35,040 nucleotides of DNA from Candidatus Heimdallarchaeota archaeon (GTDB lineage: Archaea; Asgardarchaeota; Njordarchaeia; Njordarchaeales; JAMOTR01): positions 1 to 35,040 of the forward strand of contig JAMOTR010000038.1 of the NCBI GenBank assembly GCA_027068385.1, given 5' to 3'. The notes below the pieces were generated by a model. That model made no database searches and was not told where the DNA came from. It saw nothing but the letters and a program-made list of their open reading frames with translations. Made by a program: the position numbers and the translations under genes. Shown in pieces: positions 28,898 to 35,040 of this stretch. Position 1 is the first letter of the stretch; the number at the start of each line of letters is the position of its first letter.

Positions 28898-30244
28898 TCG
28901 TTTAGCTTCTTTTATTATTTCCTCGAGCTTTCTCTTAAACTCCTCCGCGCGCTCCTTAGAGCGAGCTTGAATGTATATGCGAAGCTTCCCTAATTCCGTT
29001 CCCGACTTCCTTACTAGTATCCGCTCACCGTCTCCCAACACTTTTATTCCGTCTATGAGGTCCTTCTTCCGCTTGTATTTGTGGCTCCGCTCCAGTAGTT
29101 GGTGCATGAGGCGCATATATACAATATCTATGCGGCTCGGATCTATGCGGTACGTCCTTCTTATACCGTAATACTTCGGTAACCTAGAAAGACGGTCTTC
29201 GAGACCCTCTTCGACCACCTTCGCGAGTATGCATGCCGAAAGTATACCGTCGTACCGCGCCCCATAAGAGGGTATCATATGTTTCCACGGTTCGGTGGCC
29301 ATGAGGACGTCGTTAATCATAGAGTAGACGATGTCCGGAAGGTAACCGAGCTTGTAGCGGTATACCTTTAGTCCGTATTTCTTAGCTATCTCTTCCGCTA
29401 CGTCTAGAGTATCCACCGAAAGTACCACAACGCGCCTTCCGCGACGCCTTTTAGATACCTCCTCGAGTATTAATGAGGCCGTATAGCTTTGGTCCACGAA
29501 CCTTCCCCTCGGATCTATTAAAGCTAGCCTATCACCATCGCCGTCCAGAGCCATAGCCGGCACGCCCAAACTCCTCGCTATGTTCATAGTATCCTTAAGG
29601 TTCTCCTCGCTAGGTTCGGGCATACGCCCGGGGAAGAATCCGTCCGGTTGGGCGTTCACGTCTATAACCTCGGCCCCTAGTTCCCTCAGAGCCCTCGTAG
29701 CTATCACACCAGCGGCTCCATTAGATCCATCTATAATTACCCTAATCTCCTTCTCCAACGGTTCTACAAATGAGAATAGATGCTCTAGATATTCGTCCAC
29801 GACTTGGTCGGAGATGTCCACATACTTCGGTTCAAGCCTCCGGTCGAACCTCGGTTCAGGCTCCTTCCGATAGTCCTGAAGCATATTTTCTTGTATAGAG
29901 GTAAGCTCGCGCCCGTTCACGAAGATCTTGAACCCGTTATACTCTGGGGGGTTATGGGATGCCGTAACGAGCACCCCTACACCGTTTAACTTCCCAGAAG
30001 CGAAGGCTACTACGGGATAAGGGGCGAGACCGGCATAATATACTTCCGCCCCCATCGCCCCTAAACCGGACATCAACGCACTCGCGAGCACGGGAGACGT
30101 CTTGCGGGAATCTATGCCCACGACTACTTTAGAAGCATTATCGAACGCCTTAGCGATCGTAACGCCCAACTTAAACGCCATATCTGTGGTGATGTTCTTA
30201 CCGAAGATGCCTCTAATGCCCGAAGTACCGAAACGTAGACTCAT
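28898..30244 (-). CDS. alpha-D-phosphohexomutase superfamily enzyme (phosphoglucomutase / phosphomannomutase / possible phosphopentomutase)
   Basis: ATG 30244 (MSLRFGTSGIRG). Motifs: TASHNPPEYNGFK (active-site Ser loop), ALDGDGDRLALID (Mg site) and GTELGKLRIY. Ending at CGA 28898-28900 gives 448 aa, the normal size. The track start at 30358 would overlap the divergent gene. Confidence 0.85.
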
Positions 30245-30296
30245 ATATGGAGTCGTTCGTTGTTTATCTTCAATAACATCTCGATAACAACCCATC

Positions 30297-31496
30297 ATGA
30301 ACGACGAGGTCCTTAAGCCTCTGATGGATTTAGTAGCCTTTAAGACGGTGCGGTACAACGTCGAGGATTACGAAAGGGCGGCTGATTATATCGTAAAACT
30401 CATAGAAAGGGAGATTCCGGAAGCCTCCGTAGAGGTAGTAGAGGGGATCGCTACATACGGTAAAAAGAGGAAGGTTAAGAACATCTTAGCGTACGTAGAT
30501 GCCGGCGCCGATAAGACCGTGGCTCTCGTTTCTCATTACGACGTGGTAGACGCTAAGGGTCCCCGGAGGATAAAAGTGGGAGACTCCGTGATCGAGTTTG
30601 ACCCGTTTAAGCCTACGCTCATAGGCGATCGTCTATACGGCCGCGGCGCTGCTGACGACAAGTCGGCCGTAGTAGCCTCGATATTCGCCACGAAGTACGC
30701 CTTAAACGAACTCTCTAAGAACGTCCTTCTAGTGATAGCCGCGGAAGAGGAGACGGGAGGGGAAGGAGGAATTAAGGCCGTAGCCGATAAAGTAGCGGAA
30801 CTCGCGGATGAGGTAATAGTGATCGACGGGATGTATGGCGTAATAGCTAACGGGGCTTCAGGAGTAGTACACGCGAAGGTTAAGGTATATGGGACACAGG
30901 GACACGCGGGCATGCCTTTCTTATGTAGGAACCCCACGCACGCTCTAATAAGGCTCTTGAACACCGTCCTTAACTACAATATCTTCGGAGCTTATAGCGA
31001 ACTCCCCGTTAGGAGCCACTTTAAGACCATAGCCGATCGCCTCACTATCACGAGGCTATCCGCGGGCTTAGAGTCTTATAACGTAATCTCTAGGGATGCT
31101 GAAGCCGGAATAGACTTCCGTTACGTAACCGAGGAGCCTGAAGCCGCTGAGGATATGCTCAAGCGTATCTTCTATGGAGCGGCCTCATCGTTAGGGCTCT
31201 CTATGGAGGACGTATCCGTAGAGATAATAGGGAATCACCCGAGCCGGTACATACCTCCGAACCATCCGTTCATCACGAGGTTTAAGGAGATAGCCGAGGA
31301 AGTTACGGGAGATAAGCACGTCGTCGGTGTGGAACGGGGAGGTAACGACGGCTTCATATTCGCTAGGAGAGGGATCCCCACGCTTACTTACGGCGCTATG
31401 ACCGAAGACTCGAACATACACGCCCCGCTCGAGAATCTCAGGCTAGACGTGTATGAGAAGCTCATCAAGGTCCTCACAGAGTACCTCAAGAGGTGA
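30297..31496 (+). CDS. M20-family metallopeptidase / deacylase (ArgE/DapE/LysK-like)
   Basis: Motifs SHYDVV, GRGAADDKS and AAEEETGGEGG, which is the typical M20 His/Asp/Glu metal-ligand pattern. 399 aa. I cannot assign substrate specificity. Confidence 0.75.
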   Translation: MNDEVLKPLMDLVAFKTVRYNVEDYERAADYIVKLIEREIPEASVEVVEGIATYGKKRKVKNILAYVDAGADKTVALVSHYDVVDAKGPRRIKVGDSVIEFDPFKPTLIGDRLYGRGAADDKSAVVASIFATKYALNELSKNVLLVIAAEEETGGEGGIKAVADKVAELADEVIVIDGMYGVIANGASGVVHAKVKVYGTQGHAGMPFLCRNPTHALIRLLNTVLNYNIFGAYSELPVRSHFKTIADRLTITRLSAGLESYNVISRDAEAGIDFRYVTEEPEAAEDMLKRIFYGAASSLGLSMEDVSVEIIGNHPSRYIPPNHPFITRFKEIAEEVTGDKHVVGVERGGNDGFIFARRGIPTLTYGAMTEDSNIHAPLENLRLDVYEKLIKVLTEYLKR

Positions 31497-32470
31497 TGAT
31501 GATGAGCTTAGGAATAGAGCTTCAGATTCGCGACCGCATTTCTGAGGGTCGGAATTTCGTCTATGAGGGCGTCCCTTTCTCCGGCATATATAGGCCTATC
31601 TCCGAGGTTATCGGCATCACTCCGGGCATAGTGATATATCTCTACGGTCATCCGGACATCACGAAGAAGTTTATCCTGCGCTACACTACGGCGTTCTTTA
31701 ACACGGAGAACGAAATAATCTCCGTAGGGGCTCTCCCGGATCCGAACAGCAAGGAGATGGATCAGTTCTTAGATTCGAAGACGAACCTAATCGTCCTCGA
31801 CGAGGTATCAGACGATAAAGCGACGGCTAATCGGATCAGGGAGTTCCGTAAGAGGCGCCAGGATAATAATCGGATACTCATGATCAGAGCCTCTCCCGGA
31901 AGCATCATTGATCGCTTAGCTAAAGTAGGATGCGAAACTACATATGAATCGGACTTCTTCCTCCCCTTCCCGCGTCGTTACCCACCGATGACCGAGGTAA
32001 GCGCGCCCGGGAAGCAAATAGTGCCGACGGATGCGATGCTATATTTGTGGAACACCATATTACCTCATAAGCACATCGACCGTCGTCGGGTAGAGGCCGT
32101 CGACAAGATCTTTAGATATCTCTCTAAGCTTACGGGAAAGTACTTCCGTAAGGAGCCGAAGTTCAACAGGGAGGCGTTCGAGTCCGTTATGAAGACGTTT
32201 AAGCGGTATCGGAATAAGGACGTTCCCACGATCAGCGACATCATAGCGATCGTCCCTCTAATGATGGCCCCGAAGATGCTCGTAACCGGGGAGATCGTAA
32301 AGAAGCGTCTTCAGAAGGCCTATCACTATGTAAAGAGGGTACTAGGGGAAGTCGACTTGGATCAGTTATCCGAGGAGGATCTCCTAATGAACGCGGAGCT
32401 GGGCGGGTTTATAGTGTTCGACGTGCTCCGTTTCGCTGAAGGAATAATTAAGTACATACTCTCGACGTGA
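31496..32470 (+). CDS. hypothetical protein with degenerate P-loop-NTPase-like N-domain
   Basis: IVIYLYGHPDITKKF (imperfect Walker A) and NLIVLDEVSD (Walker-B-like), followed by a helical C-terminal domain. The ATG overlaps the M20 gene TGA. I recognise no family. Confidence 0.4.
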   Translation: MMMSLGIELQIRDRISEGRNFVYEGVPFSGIYRPISEVIGITPGIVIYLYGHPDITKKFILRYTTAFFNTENEIISVGALPDPNSKEMDQFLDSKTNLIVLDEVSDDKATANRIREFRKRRQDNNRILMIRASPGSIIDRLAKVGCETTYESDFFLPFPRRYPPMTEVSAPGKQIVPTDAMLYLWNTILPHKHIDRRRVEAVDKIFRYLSKLTGKYFRKEPKFNREAFESVMKTFKRYRNKDVPTISDIIAIVPLMMAPKMLVTGEIVKKRLQKAYHYVKRVLGEVDLDQLSEEDLLMNAELGGFIVFDVLRFAEGIIKYILST

Positions 32471-32501
32471 GGTTTTTTCTTCAGGTAAATAGTGTCTATT
32501 T

Positions 32502-33029
32502 ATGACCCAGACTATAAGAATAGAACTACACACGCGTCGGCACCATCCGCTCAAGTACTTATATCGTTCTCCTAAGGCGAACCCCATTAAAGCCGCTGTG
32601 TACGCTACGATAAGTAAGGCTAGAAAGAGTAGCCCCGAGATAGGAAACATCATTAAGTCCACGGACATCTCCGTAGTAGCGGGAGAAATCAACCGCGCTA
32701 TATTACGGACCGTTCGTGATATCCTAATAAAAGGCGGTCTCTTCCCGATAAAACCGGACGGTACGCTCGATGAGAACGAGGTGAACTTCATACGCTCCCG
32801 TTATCGTATGCGTTTCGATATCATAGTGGACGTAGACGTGGAACGCGGTGAGGCCGGAGCCGTCGTAAAGGACTTGCGCGTAAACCAGTTCCACTACCAG
32901 ATAAGGTACGAACTCGCGAACGTGGACCTACCTGCCGAGGCTTTAGCTCAGATCGTGAGGCGCGAAGTAGACGTGACGGAGCAGATACAGATGAGGGAGG
33001 AGGAAGGCGAGGAAATAGAGGAGGAGTGA
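32502..33029 (+). CDS. hypothetical protein with acidic C-terminal tail
   Basis: A 175-aa ORF ending in MREEEGEEIEEE, with codon usage consistent with its neighbours. I recognise no family. Confidence 0.4.
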   Translation: MTQTIRIELHTRRHHPLKYLYRSPKANPIKAAVYATISKARKSSPEIGNIIKSTDISVVAGEINRAILRTVRDILIKGGLFPIKPDGTLDENEVNFIRSRYRMRFDIIVDVDVERGEAGAVVKDLRVNQFHYQIRYELANVDLPAEALAQIVRREVDVTEQIQMREEEGEEIEEE

Positions 33030-33074
33030 TTTTTCTTCGTTTAGTTTCATAATATCTTCTTCGAGCCTTCATGC

Positions 33075-33497
33075 ATGGCCCTGGATAATCTTAAGAAGAA
33101 ATATAAAGACCTAGAGGAGGTCCTCACGTTCTTAGAGGAGGCGAGCGAGTCCTTCGATCGGATAGCCGCGGGTAGACGCTCCGATAGGGAAGCAGAAACG
33201 ATAGAAGAAGCCGTTAAAGAGGCGCTAGAAGAGGACGTTCAGTCCATATATGTAAGAGAGGCGGACGTCACGTTATCGCGCGTCCCTATAGATGGCTCGG
33301 AAAGTATACCTTCGCTCATCGATAAGGTAGAGAACGAATTGGGAGGCTACGATCCTGTGACTAGTCTCGTGCGTGAGATATCTAAGCTCTCCGCGATAAT
33401 ATGCGAAAACCCGAACGTGCTCCTTAACGCTTCTCCGGACGCTTTAGCGGGCCTTCTTTACTACCTAAGGATGGTCCTCAACAAGAAGAAAGAATAG
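33075..33497 (+). CDS. hypothetical acidic helical protein
   Basis: A 140-aa ORF with predicted coiled/helical character (LKKKYKDLEEVLTFLEEASESF). I recognise no family. Confidence 0.4.
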   Translation: MALDNLKKKYKDLEEVLTFLEEASESFDRIAAGRRSDREAETIEEAVKEALEEDVQSIYVREADVTLSRVPIDGSESIPSLIDKVENELGGYDPVTSLVREISKLSAIICENPNVLLNASPDALAGLLYYLRMVLNKKKE

Positions 33498-33572
33498 GCA
33501 CGTTTTTAGAGCTCAAAAAAGATTCCTCTAAGCGGTTTTCGTATAGGTACTAGGGCTAAAAGGGTTAGAACT

Positions 33573-33580
33573 TTAAAAAC
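33573..33580 (+). promoter_or_regulatory. TATA-box-like element upstream of the 33600 gene
   Basis: tttaaaaa is centred about 24 nt upstream of ATG 33600 in a 102-nt intergenic spacer. Confidence 0.4.
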
Positions 33581-33599
33581 AACCGTAACACCCTTAAGT

Positions 33600-34385
33600 A
33601 TGCCCGGTTCGCTAGTAATCCCTGACGTCTCGGCTAGGAAGCTCTATGAGTACCGGGTAGCGGGTAAGTCCGCCGACGAAGTAGGAGGGAATTATGGACG
33701 TGCCATTCGCGTATTAGAAGAACTTGGCGTGGAAAGAAGGCCGGACATGACCTACCCCGAGTTCGTAGAGGCCGTACGGAACGCGATGCCTGATAACATC
33801 AAGAGCGCCTTCACGATCGCCTACAGCCTCGTAAGCTCCGTCGGAAAGGTAACCCCCGACTCCCTATACTCCGTAGCCCGCCGCTTAAAGCGGGTAGGAA
33901 TACGCAAGGTCACCCTCGGCTTCCTACTAGGACTGCTCAAGGGAATCAAGATACCTGGTCCCGCTAGGATACCCACCGGATCCTTCGATGAGGACCCCGT
34001 GGCCGTAACGCTAAACGAGCTAGGTGGAATCGCTAAGGTGCGCGACGTCGTTAAGAGGCTAGAGAATAAGGGATACAAGGAGCCCAGGAAGCTACTCGTG
34101 GACTCCTTCCTAAACAAGAAGTTCTTCCCCATCCCCGAGGGCAAGCGTAGTCCTACCCTACCGCCTCACCGGTACGAGGTGCTCAAGCTAGCTATCGAGA
34201 AGGGATCCGTAGAGGAGACCACGGACGAGTTCATCAAGATCTCCGTACCTAAGACGGAGCTAGAGGACGCCGAGATGAAGCACTTCAATGCCGTCACCGG
34301 CCTAGTGGAGGATCGCGACGCTGATTACCTAGTGCTCGTCCCCATCAAGGATAACATACGCATAATCAGCGAGAAGCTCCTATGA
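33600..34385 (+). CDS. hypothetical protein (possible helix-turn-helix / winged-helix modules)
   Basis: A 261-aa ORF with no in-frame CGA. I recognise no family. Confidence 0.4.
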   Translation: MPGSLVIPDVSARKLYEYRVAGKSADEVGGNYGRAIRVLEELGVERRPDMTYPEFVEAVRNAMPDNIKSAFTIAYSLVSSVGKVTPDSLYSVARRLKRVGIRKVTLGFLLGLLKGIKIPGPARIPTGSFDEDPVAVTLNELGGIAKVRDVVKRLENKGYKEPRKLLVDSFLNKKFFPIPEGKRSPTLPPHRYEVLKLAIEKGSVEETTDEFIKISVPKTELEDAEMKHFNAVTGLVEDRDADYLVLVPIKDNIRIISEKLL

Positions 34386-34416
34386 TTTTTGATCCCGAAT
34401 TTTTAGCGTTTTACTT

Positions 34417-35040
34417 ATGAAGGTAGTTGAGGTAGACGAGAAGCGTAAGATGATTAAGGTTGTACCCGAAAACGTCGAGGATCTGTATCTCTTATCTCAG
34501 ACGATCCTACCGGGAGATCGCGTATTAGCTAGGACGACTAGAAAGATCAAACGCGAAGACGGGGAGAGTAAACGTATACCCATGGATCTAGAGATCGAGG
34601 TCGAGAGTATAGGGTTCCACGAGTTTGGGGGCTTACGCATACACGGTCGCATCGTGAGGGGCCCGAAGAATTTAGTCCCTATAGGCTCTTATCATACGAT
34701 TACGATCAACAAATACCAAGAGCTTACGATATTCAAGTCACGCGGGTTCGAGAGCGCGCTTAAGAAGTTCGAAGAGGCTTCCTTGCCCCCTAAGAAGGTG
34801 CTCATTATATCATTAGATCACGATGAGGCGTCGATCGTGTTACTAGACGGAAGGAACATGGAGACGGTCGCGGAGATTAGATCGAACATACCCGGGAAAC
34901 ATTATCAGACGGGAGAGAAATACGATAGCCTCATCAAAGCATATTTCTCCGAGATACTTAGGGAGGCGAAGAAGTACGAGAACGTGGACGGAATCATCGT
35001 AGCAGGCCCGGGACAGATAAAGGAAGATTTCTTAGAACGG
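34417..35040 (+). CDS. pelA: Pelota (aDom34) mRNA-surveillance factor, 5' part (runs off the window)
   Basis: ATG 34417: MKVVEVDEKRKMIKVVPENVEDLYLLSQTILPGDRVLARTTRKIK... and later DGIIVAGPGQIKEDF, a typical archaeal Pelota N-terminal and central region. The frame is open to the window end and is absent from the ORF track because it has no stop. Confidence 0.8.
   Translation, partial: MKVVEVDEKRKMIKVVPENVEDLYLLSQTILPGDRVLARTTRKIKREDGESKRIPMDLEIEVESIGFHEFGGLRIHGRIVRGPKNLVPIGSYHTITINKYQELTIFKSRGFESALKKFEEASLPPKKVLIISLDHDEASIVLLDGRNMETVAEIRSNIPGKHYQTGEKYDSLIKAYFSEILREAKKYENVDGIIVAGPGQIKEDFLER

Noticed and set aside
27548-30358. A 936-aa ORF in the track suggesting a novel phosphoglucomutase-RuBisCO fusion enzyme.
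   Set aside because: The domain boundary is a single in-frame CGA (28898-28900), and in-frame CGA behaves as a terminator everywhere else in the window. Both halves have canonical stand-alone lengths. The 5' 38 codons of the ORF would overlap the divergent M20 gene; the real start is ATG 30244.
1-35040. A CRISPR repeat-spacer array or other tandem or direct repeats that could serve the Cas-like module.
   Set aside because: I inspected the intergenic regions (2953-3053, 13309-13496, 14342-14480, 33498-33599 and the short spacers) and the gene bodies. I saw no regularly spaced 24-40-nt direct repeats. A by-eye search cannot exclude very short or degenerate repeats.
1-35040. Explaining the CGG/CGA pattern as sequencing or assembly error, pseudogenisation, or general (all-context) C-to-U editing.
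   Set aside because: The pattern is sense-strand specific for genes on both strands and restricted to the in-frame phase. CGC and CGT at conserved Arg sites are unaffected, and all frames remain otherwise intact. Random error or decay would not do this. Editing restricted to in-frame CGR codons remains a live alternative to reassignment and is kept in the findings.

Overview
This is a 35-kb archaeal chromosomal segment of about 50% GC. The archaeal markers are eL33/L35Ae, Kae1, Pelota, A/V-ATPase subunit B, an aIF-2B-family isomerase and TATA-like boxes about 25 nt upstream of start codons. The genes are: a tungsten-type aldehyde:ferredoxin oxidoreductase; a carboxypeptidase-like/HD fusion protein; a complex-I-like cluster split into divergent nuoLMN and nuoABCDHIJK operons without nuoEFG; L35Ae; ornithine carbamoyltransferase; an MtnA/R15P-isomerase-family protein; CutA; tRNA-Ser(UGA); a Trm112-like protein; ATPase B; Kae1; a phosphomutase followed by a divergent RuBisCO-like protein; an M20 peptidase; the Pelota 5' end; and several unknown genes. 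Two observations stand out. (1) The CGR codons do not behave as arginine. CGG sits at invariant tryptophan positions in more than 12 unrelated protein families and never at conserved arginines. In-frame CGA is absent from the interior of every gene (about 10,000 codons checked by hand) and occurs exactly where 12 genes are expected to end. The CGN box therefore mirrors the UGN box (CGG = Trp, CGA = stop). The cause could be codon reassignment or C-to-U recoding of CGR codons. The supplied standard-code ORF track consequently contains artefactual fusions and 3' extensions, and my coordinates use CGA as a terminator where relevant. (2) An orphan, array-less, reduced type III-like effector module sits between ATPase B and Kae1. 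It comprises a 1049-aa Cas10-like protein with an N-terminal HD motif, a Csm3/Cmr4-like Cas7 and a Csm4/Cmr3-like Cas5. The window contains no CRISPR array, cas6, cas1/2 or separate cas11.
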